This document shows positions 1-10,409 of a stretch of DNA of 64,000 nucleotides, one piece after another (position 1 is the first letter of the stretch; every line of letters begins with the position of its first letter). Made by a program: the position numbers and the translations under genes. The notes beneath the pieces were generated by a model. It was not told the DNA's origin. It did no database searches and saw only the letters and a list, made by a program, of their open reading frames with translations. The DNA is from an uncultured delta proteobacterium (GTDB taxonomy: Bacteria > Desulfobacterota > Syntrophobacteria > Syntrophobacterales > Syntrophobacteraceae), in contig CAWEHK010000008.1 in assembly GCA_963808625.1 (NCBI GenBank), forward strand, positions 96,001 through 160,000, in the 5' to 3' direction.

Positions 1-1
1 G

Positions 2-223
2 GAAGATCTGCAGACCAAAGCGACAACCGACCGTTATGTCGCCGATCAACTGATCATCTTTGCAGCATTGGCCGACGGTCAGACGGAATATCTTATGCCC
101 CGCGTAACCGAACATGTAGAATCGAACCTCTGGCTGATTGAGAAGGTCCTTGGAGCCAGGACGGAATTGCGCGAGAATCGTCTCAAGATTCATGGTGTGG
201 GGTTGAACCCAGACCGCAATTGA
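2..223 (+). CDS. rtcA: RNA 3'-terminal phosphate cyclase, C-terminal part (5' end outside window)
   Basis: Manual translation from nt 2 gives EDLQTKATTDRYVADQLIIFAALADGQTEYLMPRVTEHVESNLWLIEKVLG...*, matching the RtcA C-terminal DxxxADQL...H..xN motif with the adenylated His. Not in the ORF track. Confidence 0.8.
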   Translation, partial: EDLQTKATTDRYVADQLIIFAALADGQTEYLMPRVTEHVESNLWLIEKVLGARTELRENRLKIHGVGLNPDRN

Positions 224-255
224 TCCAACGTGTGCAGGAAGAAAAGGTTTGCGTT

Positions 256-1212
256 ATGAGCACCTGTATAAAGATCCGCGGTATTTACGCCACAGCCCTG
301 ACCAAGCTTATGCTGGACTCGGGTTACCATATCGCTGACCCCTCCAACAAGATCCGAGAACTCTTCGGATTGGACGAGACCCCCGTGGACTATGAAATTT
401 TGATCATTGACCGCGCTGATTTTCAGGGGGTGGACCTCACCGGCCCGCCGGAAAAGATGACCCAGTGCCTTACTTTCCTTCAGGAACGCCTGCTGGATGC
501 AACCTTGCTCGAATTTGTCGCGGTGGAAGAGGAGATCGGTTTGGTCCGGGCTTCACTCGAATTTCCAGGGTTCTCGAAAGAGCTCCTCGATGAAGTCCGC
601 CTCACGGTCACGCCCACGCTCCACAGGCATCACCGCTTGCGGAGCATTGCCGGCAAGGCTCTCGAGCAGGCGGAACACGCACTGGCGAAGCATCCGGAGA
701 AGAGAGAATCTCTGGAAAACGATCTCTTTCGGGACGAAATCCTGCTCCCTCTTGAAAATGCAGGTCTGGTCAGGGTCGAACATATCCGACCGGCAGGCAG
801 ACCCATGCGCCCCCGTGAGGGTGTCCTGGTCAGTGTGGATGCCCACGGATTTGTCTTCAGGCGGACCTTTTCAAAAGGCCGTTACGATGGACTGGATGTG
901 CCCATCCAGGAGGGGGATTACGGCCTGACCGAGGTCAGGGAGGGGGCCTGGCATATCAAGCATTCCTATTATACCAAAGAGCATAAACTCATCGGTGAAT
1001 ACTTCAATATCAACACCCCTGTTGAGCTCTACCCATACGGCGCCCGCTATCTGGACCTCGAAGCGGATGTGGTCTGTCGGACGGGCGAGAAACCGTTCCT
1101 CATCGACCGGGAAAAACTCGCCCTGCTGTCTCGCAATGGCTGCATTTCCAGTGATCTGGAAAAGCAGGCCGCCGCGGTCGCCGAGGATCTCCTGCAAACC
1201 TTACGCGCATGA
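256..1212 (+). CDS. FAU-1-like ribonuclease / DUF402 domain protein
   Basis: N-terminal IKIRGIYATALTKL resembles the archaeal FAU-1 start. C-terminal YFNINTPVELYP...YLDLEADVV is the DUF402 motif. ATG at 256 is preferred over TTG at 220. Confidence 0.75.
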   Translation: MSTCIKIRGIYATALTKLMLDSGYHIADPSNKIRELFGLDETPVDYEILIIDRADFQGVDLTGPPEKMTQCLTFLQERLLDATLLEFVAVEEEIGLVRASLEFPGFSKELLDEVRLTVTPTLHRHHRLRSIAGKALEQAEHALAKHPEKRESLENDLFRDEILLPLENAGLVRVEHIRPAGRPMRPREGVLVSVDAHGFVFRRTFSKGRYDGLDVPIQEGDYGLTEVREGAWHIKHSYYTKEHKLIGEYFNINTPVELYPYGARYLDLEADVVCRTGEKPFLIDREKLALLSRNGCISSDLEKQAAAVAEDLLQTLRA

Positions 1213-1340
1213 ATTCATGAGTGGACGGACGGAACAGAGTCATCGCTTGTCCAATGCGGATTTTTCGATTAAGGTGATGCGCGCAATTTTTCCATGATCG
1301 TGTTTGGCGTGTTGTATCGTGCATATCTGAGGAGCGGAGC

Positions 1341-2153
1341 ATGCAATCCAAGAAAGTCTGGGCCATACAATCTTTGCTTTCATGTCTGGTGGTGAATTCC
1401 ATATTCCTCGTCCTGTTCTTCATCATGGCAAAACAGGTCCTGGCGGCGTTTCGCCAGTGGGTGGGCCCGGTCTTAGCGGTTGAAAGTCCAAGTTTGCCGG
1501 CTGATGCCCGTTCGGCATTCACCGGATTGAACCAGCTTATCGGTGAAACCGACCAGTATCTGGCAGTCGTGGTCTTCGGCCTGGGACTGATGATCACCCT
1601 GCTGCTATGGCTGGTTCTTCAGGTCCAGGGCCGTCGCTTGTTGGTTCCCGCCGAACCGGAAATGATTTCGAGCAGCCCTGCCGTTTCTGCGAGCACTGTG
1701 GAACAAGTGACGGCAGCAGCCCCTCCTCAAGAGCCTCCGTCAGAGGTGCGAAAATCACTCCCGACATCCCCGCAGACGGCCGTACAGATGCTTGCTATCC
1801 TCCAGCGGGAAGGCCGATTGGTTGATTTTCTTCAAGAGGACCTCCGTCCCTATAGCGACGATCAGGTTGGGGCAGCGGTCCGGAGCATTCATCAGGGCTG
1901 CCGGGCAGCATTGCTGGAGCACGTTGACCTCAAGCCGATCGTGGAAGACGCTGAGGGTGCCGAGATCACCGTTCCTCCAGCTTTCGATCCCGAAGCGATC
2001 CGGCTGACCGGCAACGTTTCTGGAGATCCGCCTTTTAAAGGGATCCTGCGGCATCACGGATGGAGGGTCATGCGCCTTGACCTTCCCCAGGTGACGGCAC
2101 CCCGGCAGAAGGGCTGGGTCTTGGCTCCGGCCGAAGTGGAAATTCCTGAATAG
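1341..2153 (+). CDS. DUF2760 domain membrane protein
   Basis: Two N-terminal hydrophobic helices. LQREGRLVDFLQED...VGAAVRSIHQGC...IRLTGNVSGDPPFKGILRHHGW...APAEVE is the DUF2760 signature. Lies upstream of Hsp70-family genes, as is typical. Confidence 0.85.
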   Translation: MQSKKVWAIQSLLSCLVVNSIFLVLFFIMAKQVLAAFRQWVGPVLAVESPSLPADARSAFTGLNQLIGETDQYLAVVVFGLGLMITLLLWLVLQVQGRRLLVPAEPEMISSSPAVSASTVEQVTAAAPPQEPPSEVRKSLPTSPQTAVQMLAILQREGRLVDFLQEDLRPYSDDQVGAAVRSIHQGCRAALLEHVDLKPIVEDAEGAEITVPPAFDPEAIRLTGNVSGDPPFKGILRHHGWRVMRLDLPQVTAPRQKGWVLAPAEVEIPE

Positions 2154-2251
2154 ACCTGAACGGATGCTATACGGCCATTCATTCTATACCGAAGGTGTTC
2201 GCCTCGACTTAGCGCGAGGCGAGCCATACTATTAAAGCCGGGAGTTCCATT

Positions 2252-4079
2252 TTGAGTGACTCAAAATTCATTATCGGCATCGACCTGGGCACGACCCATT
2301 CGGTGCTTGCTTACACCGAGGCACGGACAGCCGAAGAAGCAGAACCGGCCATTCACATCTTGCCTCTTCCCCAGGTTGTAAGCCCTGGCGAAGTGAAGGC
2401 TCAGCCGTTACTGCCCTCCTTCATTTTTTTGCCCGGCCCCCACGATGTTCCCCCGGGGGGCCTTGCTTTGCCGTGGGATTCTCACCTCGATTTTGCGGTA
2501 GGAGAATTTGCCCGGAGGCGCGGCGCCGAACTGCCCCACCGCCTCGTTTCCTCCGCCAAGTCATGGCTTTGCCATAGCGGGGTCGACCGTATGGAGAGCA
2601 TCCTGCCCTGGGACAGCCCTCCCGACGCCAGGCGGATATCGCCGGTGGAAGCCGCTTCCCGTTTCTTGCAGCATCTGCGCCATGCGTGGAATGATGAAAT
2701 GGCAGCGGATGATCCGGAGGCGCGGTTTGAAGCCCAGGATATCTACCTGACCGTTCCTGCTTCCTTTGACGCAGTGGCCCGGGAACTGACGGTGAAAGCC
2801 GCGCAGTCTGCCGGGTTGGAAAACATTACCCTGCTCGAAGAACCGCAGGCCGCTTTCTATGCCTGGGTGGAGGCACAGAAGGAGCGCTGGCGCAAGGCGG
2901 TGCATGTGGGAGAATCCATCCTGGTTTGCGATGTCGGGGGCGGGACCACTGACTTCAGCCTGATTCAGGTGACCGAAGAACATGGTGACCTGACCCTGCG
3001 CCGCGTGGCCGTGGGTGACCACCTCCTGCTGGGGGGCGACAACATGGATCTGGCGTTGGCCTACGCGGTGCGGGCGCGGCTGGCGCAAAAGGGGGTGAAG
3101 CTTGACGCCTGGCAGTTTCGCGGCCTCTGGCACAGTGCCCGCACCGCCAAGGAACGCCTTCTTTCGGACCCCGAATTGCAGGCTGAACCCATCGTCGTCC
3201 TCGGCCGCGGATCGTCCCTGATCGGGGGTACCATCCGTGCGGAGTTGACCCGGGAAGAGGTGGAGGAGGCCCTGCTCGACGGTTTTTTCCCCCTCGGCGA
3301 GAGCTCTGATTATCCCGAAGAGAAGCCGAAGGTCGGGGTGCGGGAAATGGGTCTGCCCTATGAGGCGGACCCTGCGGTGACGAGGCATCTTGCACGCTTC
3401 CTCGGGCGCCAGGCGCAAGGGCGATCTGAGTCAGTCCGGGGTGCCGGTGGGCTACCCTGCGGCGGTCCTGTTCAACGGCGGTGTCATGAAGTCCGGCCTG
3501 CTCCGCGGGCGGGTGCTTTCGGTTCTCGATCGCTGGCACGGCCCGGGGGAAATCCGCGAGCTCGCCTCGGTGGATCTTGATCTTGCCGTGGCCCGTGGGG
3601 CCGCCTACTACGGATTGGCGCGCCGTGGCCAGGGGATTCGCATTCGCGGAGGCACTGCCCGGTCGTATTACATCGGCATCGAAAGCTCGCTGCCTTCTGT
3701 GCCCGGCATCCCCGCGCCAATGAAAGCTTTGTGCGTGGTGCCCTTCGGTATGGAGGAAGGAAGCGACGCCGAGATCCGCCAGCGGGAGTTCGGTCTGGTG
3801 GTAGGGGAGTCAGCGGTTTTCCACTTGCTCGATTCCACTGTCCGTAAGCAGGACCAGGCCGGAGAAATGATTGAGGAGTGGCAGGGTGATATTGAAGAAG
3901 TGACCACCATGGAAACCATTCTTCCCGCGACAGAAGAGGAAGAAGGAGGAAAAATCATTCCGGTCTGGCTGCAGAGCAAGGTGACGGAGGTCGGAACGCT
4001 GGAGCTCTGGTGTGTGGCGAGGGACGAGAATCGCCGGTGGAAACTGGAATTTAATCTTCGAGAACGGGAAAACGACTAG
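2252..4079 (+). CDS. Hsp70/DnaK-related protein (one frameshift near 3420)
   Basis: GIDLGTT, TVPASFD and DVGGGTTD actin-fold motifs in ORF 2252-3580. The sequence continues as VLFNGGV...AVARGAAYYG in ORF 3390-4079. Confidence 0.85.
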
Positions 4080-4121
4080 AACTTCGGACTTCACATTCCT
4101 CGCGGGATATGCTGTGCGACT

Positions 4122-7015
4122 ATGGATAATCAATTTGAGTCTGCGGATGCACCCTATCGATACATCGTCGGGATCGATCTTGGCACCACCAATTCGGCGC
4201 TGGCCTATGTCGATCTGACAACGGATGAGGCGGCACCCCGGCACATCCGTTTCTTAGAGATCCTGCAACTGACCGCCCCGGCTGAATTGCGGCGGCGGCC
4301 GATTCTGCCTTCCTTTTTGTATGCTCCCGGTCCTCACGAACTGCCGCCCGGGAGCACCGGACTTCCCTGGGACCCGGAGAGAGCATACGCGGTCGGAGAA
4401 TTTGCTCGGGAACAGGGCGCCCTGGTGCCTGGGCGCCTGGTGGCCTCAGCCAAGTCCTGGCTCTGCCACGGCGGCGTTGACCGCACCGCCGCGATCCTCC
4501 CGTGGGCCGTCGGACCTGATGTCAAGAAGATATCCCCGGTGGAAGCCAGTTCGCGCTACCTTCAACACCTCAGAGAAGCCTGGAATGATGCTGTTGCCAG
4601 GGGACGAGAAGGATACCGCCTGGAAGAACAGCTGGTCATCCTCACCGTTCCCGCCTCCTTCGATGAAGTTGCTCGGGAACTCACCGTGACCGCCGCACGT
4701 GACGCCGGCCTTCCTCGCGTCATCCTGGTGGAGGAACCCCTTGCCGCCTTTTATGCCTGGCTGTCAAGGCACGAAGCCGACTGGGAAGGTTGGATGCATG
4801 AAGGTCAGGTGATTTTGGTTTGTGACGTTGGGGGAGGCACGACGGATTTTACGATCATTGCCGTCAGACGAGGGGAGAAGGGCCTGCGCTTCGACCGCCT
4901 CGCCGTGGGGGAGCACCTGATGCTTGGCGGCGACAATATGGATCTGTCCCTGGCGCGCCATCTCGAGGCCCAAGTCGTCGGCAAGCCTGGTCAGCTCGAT
5001 TCGCGCCGCTGGCATCAACTCTGGCATCAATGCCGAAAAGCGAAAGAAGTTCTGCTGGGGCAGTCCGAGGGCCGGGACACACCCGGCAGCGACCGGACGG
5101 ATGCCATCACCGTTACCATCATGGGATCCGGCAGCAGACTCATTGGGGACACCCTGAAGGGGACCCTCACCCTGGACCTGGTGGAAGAACTGATTCTGGA
5201 CGGCTTCTTCCCTTCAGTTGCCATTGACGAGACGCCGCAGAGCAGTCGCCGGACCGGACTTACCGAATGGGGCCTCCCATACGTTCAGGACCCGGCGATA
5301 ACCCGCCACCTTGCTGCTTTCTGGCAGCGTTACCGGAGGCTGCTCGAAAATGAAACCGGGCGAACTTCGCTCTATCCGGACTTCATCCTTTTCAACGGCG
5401 GGGCCCTGACTCCCGGTTCCGTGCGCAATCGGGTCCTCGAGGTCGTGCACGAATGGTTCCAATTGAAAGCTGGGCCAGACTGGGCACCCGTCGAGCTGCA
5501 AAATCCACGCCCCGAACTCGCCGTCGCCATCGGGGCCGCCTACTACGGTCTGGTGCGATGCGGAGCGGGAATCCGCGTGGGGGCAGGCAGTCCGCGCGCC
5601 TACTACGTCGAAGTTGCTCCGCCTGCGGAGCGCAATGCCGATGCCGGTGACCTGAAGGCCGTTTGCCTCGTCCCGCGGGGCACTGAGGAAGGTTTCGAAG
5701 CGCATCTGCAGCAACCTGCCTTTGAAGTCCTCACCAACCAGCCTGCAACCTTCCGGCTCTTCACCTCCTTCACCCGCCTGGGAGATCATCTTGGCGACCT
5801 CGTCAGCCTCTCGGAAAATGAGATCACTCCCCTCCCCCCCATCCGCACCGTGCTCAGATACGGCAAAAGGAGCACCGCGCAAAGGCTTCCTGTGCACCTT
5901 GCCATTCGCCTCACCGAAATCGGCACCCTGGAGCTCTGGTGTGAATCGGTGCGGAGTCCTCACCGCTGGCAACTCCAATTCGATGTCCGCGAGCAGGGAT
6001 CACCCCAGGAGGCAGCCCTTCCTGCGGCTGGCGAAACCTTTGATGCCACCGTGATTGAGCGGGCTCGGGAGAGCATTCAAGAGGCCTTTTGTAGAGAAAA
6101 GATCGGGGCCAAAAATCTTCCGCAAAAGCTCACCAGGGAACTGGTCTCAATTTTCGAACTCGGCAAAGAAAAATGGCCCACATCACTCATCCGGAAGCTC
6201 GCCGACGCTTTATACGAATGCCGGCAGGGCCGGGACCTCACCTTTCACCATGAATCCCGGTGGTTGAATTTGCTCGGGTTTTGTATGAGACCCGGGTTTG
6301 GCGCCCCGCTTGATGACTGGCGCATGAAAGAGATCTGGAAAATCTATCCCTTGGGGCTTCAATTTCCGCGCCAGGCCCAATGCCGATCCGAGTGGTGGAT
6401 CTTTTGGAGGCGCGTGGCCGGAGGCTTAAGCGCCGGACAGCAATGGCACATCTATCAGAATCTCCTGCCCGTCTTACAGACCGTGGACAAAAGGAAGCCA
6501 AAACCGCCAGCGAAGAGTTCCGTCAGCCGAAGTGACCAGGAAGAGCTCGAAATCTGGATGGCTCTGGCTAACTTCGAGTATCTCCCCGCGATGAACAAGA
6601 TTGAACTCGGTCGGCGTATCCTGGAGCGCATCGAGAAGGGCCGACCGCGGGCCCAGGAGTTATGGGCGCTGGGCAGACTGGGGGCGAGGGTCCCCTTTTA
6701 CGGTCCACTGGACCAGGTTGTTTCAAGCGAGGAGGCCTCCCGGTGGCTCCGCCACATCCTTTCCCTGCCCTCGACGCCACGGACGCTCTTGCGCGGACCC
6801 TAGTGCAACTGGCACGACGGACGGGAGACCGCGCTCGCGATCTCCCCTCGGAGAACGTGGACCGACTCGCCGAGTGGTTGCAGCAGATTCCCCAGGCCGA
6901 CCGTTACCGGCAACTTCTTACTGATCCTGAAGTTGATCTGTTCTCCCAGGAAGAAGAATGGATTTTCGGCGAAGGTCTGCCCGCCGGGCTCACCGTATCG
7001 GATTCCGGCATGTGA
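4122..7015 (+). CDS. Hsp70-family protein with C-terminal DUF3731-like domain (one frameshift near 6770)
   Basis: GIDLGTTNS and DVGGGTTDF motifs, then WLNLLGFCMRPGFG..DDWR and EWWIFWRRVAGGL. Adding one C to the CCC run at ~6768 joins it to LDATDALARTLVQLARRTGDRARDL...IFGEGLPAGL. Confidence 0.85.
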
Positions 7016-7402
7016 CGAGATCTAACTGTGAATATGGTGACGAGTCTCGATTTTGAGAGAGTGTCCGTGAATTTAACCGGAAGAGCTCGCCAATGTCCTG
7101 AAGCGGCGTCCATGTCAACGAACATTTTATCTTGAAACGTCCTCCGCGCTCTCCCCGCGTGTTTCTGGCAAGAATTCGTGTTAAGTAAATTCTATGAGGT
7201 TCCCGCTAAGAGCATGCGGTTGACGACCGGGGTCCCATATTTGAGGAGGGTGCTTAGGTCGATGTGATGATGAAGTCACACTGTTCTCTCCCGAAGAAAT
7301 CGCCCTCTATGCGGCGACGATCTCGGCCTGCATCATGGCGCTCACGCTGTCGCTCCTGATCGACGCTACGAGTCGGAAGGTGAAACCAGCCCATGGCGGG
7401 AA

Positions 7403-8134
7403 GTGGATGACGGCTTGCTGCTCGGAGAGTTCCAGCCCCCGCAGTGTTTTGGCCTGACCGATACCAGGATTCTCATATTGAAAATCGATCCCCAAAAGTA
7501 CTCCTTCAAGCTGATGAGTGCCTCGGAGCATGGCGGCAGAAAAATGACTCTCAAGGAATGGTGCACGAAACATGGGCTTGTGGCGGCTTTTAACGCCGGA
7601 ATGTACCAGGAGGACGGTATTACCAGTGTCGGGTACATGAAAAACTTCAAACACATCAACAATGGCAGACTGAATACTAACAAGGCTGTTTTGGCCTTCA
7701 ACCCCGTTGATGCCAGTGTCCCGGAAATCCAGATCATCGACAGGGAATGTCAGGATTTTGAAAACCTCAAGGGAAAATACCGAACGTTTCTTCAAAGCAT
7801 CAGAATGGTCTCTTGTGAGCAGAAGAATGTCTGGAGCCCACAGACCACCGCGTGGAGCACCCTGGCGATAGGCATTGACAAGGCTCAGAAGGTCCTGATT
7901 GTCTTCAGTCAGCAACCGTATCCGGTGCATGACCTCATCGAGATTCTCCTCTCACTGCCGATCTCCCTCTACAACGCCATGTATCTGGAAGGCGGACCGC
8001 AGGCATCGGTCTATTTATCGAGCAACAACAGCACGATTGAAACCCAGGGGAGATGGGAGGGCAGTCCCGACAGTCCCAATCCGCTTCGGATTTCCTGGCC
8101 GATCCCGAACGTCCTCGGTATTGTCAAGAAATGA
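7403..8134 (+). CDS. Phosphodiester glycosidase (NAGPA/DUF2233) family protein
   Basis: AAFNAGMY, WSTLAIGID, AMYLEGG and PIPNVLG motifs. A hydrophobic signal-like stretch lies upstream (~7300-7365) in another frame, so the true start is probably earlier. Confidence 0.7.
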   Translation: MDDGLLLGEFQPPQCFGLTDTRILILKIDPQKYSFKLMSASEHGGRKMTLKEWCTKHGLVAAFNAGMYQEDGITSVGYMKNFKHINNGRLNTNKAVLAFNPVDASVPEIQIIDRECQDFENLKGKYRTFLQSIRMVSCEQKNVWSPQTTAWSTLAIGIDKAQKVLIVFSQQPYPVHDLIEILLSLPISLYNAMYLEGGPQASVYLSSNNSTIETQGRWEGSPDSPNPLRISWPIPNVLGIVKK

Positions 8135-8157
8135 AGGTCATCCAGACCCCTTCCTGG

Positions 8158-8263
8158 CCTTCGCCACGATCTTCCACAAACCATCACCTCTCAACCATCA
8201 ACCATCAACTATCAACTATCAACCATCAACCATCAACTATTTCACGACCTTCGCCACGATCTT
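8158..8263. repeat. Nine-unit heptamer tandem repeat (AACCATC/AACTATC, 8179-8241) flanked by a 16 bp direct repeat CCTTCGCCACGATCTT (8158-8173 and 8248-8263)
   Basis: Read directly from the sequence, between two convergent genes. Confidence 0.95.
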
Positions 8264-9343
8264 GCCAAGAACCGGCTGGTGGGTCCCAAGGGCGGCGTAA
8301 GGGCACACTTCGAGACAGCAATAGCAGCGGATACATTTCCCGTAATCGAAGCTGATCCTTTCATGTCGGCAGGATATCGCCCCGGCCGGACAATAGCGTT
8401 CGCAATCGCCGCAGGATTTGCACAGCGCTTCCCTGACCCGGGGCCGCTGAATGAGATGCCTTCGCAGGAAAGCATGGGCGAACCGAGGCCCGAAGATCAA
8501 CGGCGCCATTACCGGCAGCTTGAAGTCGCTTATTTCGACCCGGTCGCCGATCATTTCAACGGGATCATCCAACAAGCCGAGCGTTCTGCCAATCCTGTTG
8601 GTCAGCAACTCATCCTCGGCCAAGCCGAGCAGGCGGCAGACCGCCGCATCCAGAGCCGCGGCGTCGGCACTGCCCATCAGCAGCCCGACCTCTTTCGGCC
8701 GCCCGCCCCGTCCGGGGCCCTCTCCTTCCATGGCCAGAATCCCATCAAGGATGGTCAGTTTCGGCCGGATGGCCTGATAGGTCCTCACCAGGAGCGCCGC
8801 GAACACCTCTCGATCGACGCCCGCTCGCAGATGCCATTGCGGTTTCCTGAAACCCACGATACACCCGAAAAGGTTCTTTACGCCGAGGGTCAGCAGCATC
8901 TGGCCATGGGTCTTAAGCTTTGGGAGATTGATCAGCACGTCGGCTTCCAGAGCATCCCGGGCTATTTCAATCTTCTTGAACGGTTCGCCCACATCGACGG
9001 TCGTGGACTCTTCGAATTCCTTGAAAGTGACCTCGAAACCCTCAAGCGCTTCCTGGATGCCGCTTTTCTTCAGCACCTTGTGAAATGTCCCCATCGCGGG
9101 GCTGTCGGAAATCTGGACCTTGCCTCGTTTCTCAAGAACGTATTCGGCGACGCCTTTTACCACCATCGGGTGGGTGAGCACCGCCCGCCGGGGGGATGCG
9201 GGCGCAAGGAGATTCGGTTTGAGGACCACCCGGCTGTTCTTTTCGATCAGCAGTCCACCCCCGAGCGTTTCCAACATCTCGAATAATTGGTGTTTCAGGA
9301 TCTGGTAATCGTATGTTGCTCGTTTTGTGACAACTGTGCTCAT
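8237..9343 (-). CDS. DUF362 domain protein with C-terminal 2x[4Fe-4S] ferredoxin domain
   Basis: VVLKPNLL, THP, INLPKLKTH, LGVKNLFG and MEGEGP motifs, plus CKSCGDCERYCP and CIRCYCCLEVCP. Confidence 0.9.
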   Translation of the reverse strand: MSTVVTKRATYDYQILKHQLFEMLETLGGGLLIEKNSRVVLKPNLLAPASPRRAVLTHPMVVKGVAEYVLEKRGKVQISDSPAMGTFHKVLKKSGIQEALEGFEVTFKEFEESTTVDVGEPFKKIEIARDALEADVLINLPKLKTHGQMLLTLGVKNLFGCIVGFRKPQWHLRAGVDREVFAALLVRTYQAIRPKLTILDGILAMEGEGPGRGGRPKEVGLLMGSADAAALDAAVCRLLGLAEDELLTNRIGRTLGLLDDPVEMIGDRVEISDFKLPVMAPLIFGPRFAHAFLRRHLIQRPRVREALCKSCGDCERYCPAGAISCRHERISFDYGKCIRCYCCLEVCPYAALGTHQPVLGKIVAKVVK

Positions 9344-9373
9344 CGCCTCTCTCTTTCGGCACTAACAGGTTCG

Positions 9374-9694
9374 CTAAACGATGCTATACCTTGGATCTTC
9401 GATATGGCTCCCTTTGCAGCGCGGGCACCTGCCGGGTTTCGTCAGCCGCGCCCGGTCGGCAAAAACATACTGACATTCCAGGCATTGTGCCGGCTGGACA
9501 CGGAGTGCCATCTTCTGGGAAGCGAGGGATCGCTTGATATGGGAGAGGTGATCGTAGACCTCCTTCTCCCGGATTTTGAGGGCCGCAGACAGGTCCAGGG
9601 CACTATGCCGGGCTCTGGAAAGAAGGATGACCATCTCTTGCCGTATGGTCTTCGTACAACAAACGTGTTCAACGTGTGTGGAGTGTTTTCTCAT
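9374..9694 (-). CDS. Predicted transcriptional regulator, HTH plus Zn-ribbon (COG3357-like)
   Basis: EKEVYDHLSHIKRSL helix followed by CLECQYVF...KPGRCPRCKG. The true start may be downstream. Confidence 0.75.
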   Translation of the reverse strand: MRKHSTHVEHVCCTKTIRQEMVILLSRARHSALDLSAALKIREKEVYDHLSHIKRSLASQKMALRVQPAQCLECQYVFADRARLTKPGRCPRCKGSHIEDPRYSIV

Positions 9695-9997
9695 TCAGGA
9701 GTGTCCCCCTGCTGCTTCGAGCATAAAAGTCGTCCGGGTCTATCTCATTTGGTCCCTATTTAGAATAGCGGGAGGAGATTGTAAAGTTGCTTGGAGAGCG
9801 GCGCAGCGAGTATTCACAAGCGATTGCAATATTGCCAGTTGTTTGATATGCTTATTCAAACTGGCATCAGCCGGGATGTCCCAGCGGTCTTCGACTACAT
9901 TTTATCGTGAGATTCTTTTGCGATGTCAGTGTATTGAACTTTCACAAGATCACATAAACCTTAACACAGGCACGGTAAAATCGAAGAGGAGTTTGCA

Positions 9998-10327
9998 ATG
10001 TTGGAACTGATGAAGAAGGGTTTGATGGCGGGCATTGGCATCGTGGTTTTGACGACCGAAAAAGTGCAGGAAGCTGTGCGCAAGCTGGTGGACGAAGGGA
10101 AGATCAGCACGGAAGAAGGGGAAAAGCTGGCTCAGGAATTGGTCAAAACCGGTCAGCACCAATGGGAAGAGATTAGCTCCACAATAGCCGAGAAGACCAA
10201 GAAATGGACGGAAAATGTGGAAATCGTCAAGAGGAAGGAACTGGAGGAGCTTAGAGAGCGCGTTCAGAATCTGGAACAACGCATAGCGGAAATGGAAAAG
10301 GGGGAAACCCCAAAAGCCGGGGCTTGA
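9998..10327 (+). CDS. Phasin / PHA granule-associated family protein
   Basis: KKGLMAGIG...EKVQEAVRKLVDEGKISTEEGEK...ELEELRERVQNLE pattern, with a GAGGAG RBS. Confidence 0.7.
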   Translation: MLELMKKGLMAGIGIVVLTTEKVQEAVRKLVDEGKISTEEGEKLAQELVKTGQHQWEEISSTIAEKTKKWTENVEIVKRKELEELRERVQNLEQRIAEMEKGETPKAGA

Positions 10328-10409
10328 ATCGCGCTGATCCGAGGCCGCCGTTCGCAGGGACTGATGCGCAGGCCCTTGCTCGTTGCGTCGAAACCGCTGT
10401 GCAACCCCG

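Noticed and set aside
3390..6803. Programmed frameshifting in the Hsp70 genes
   Set aside because: Similar single-base indels also break nuoL, nuoM and other unrelated genes, often at short homopolymers, so sequencing error is the simpler explanation.
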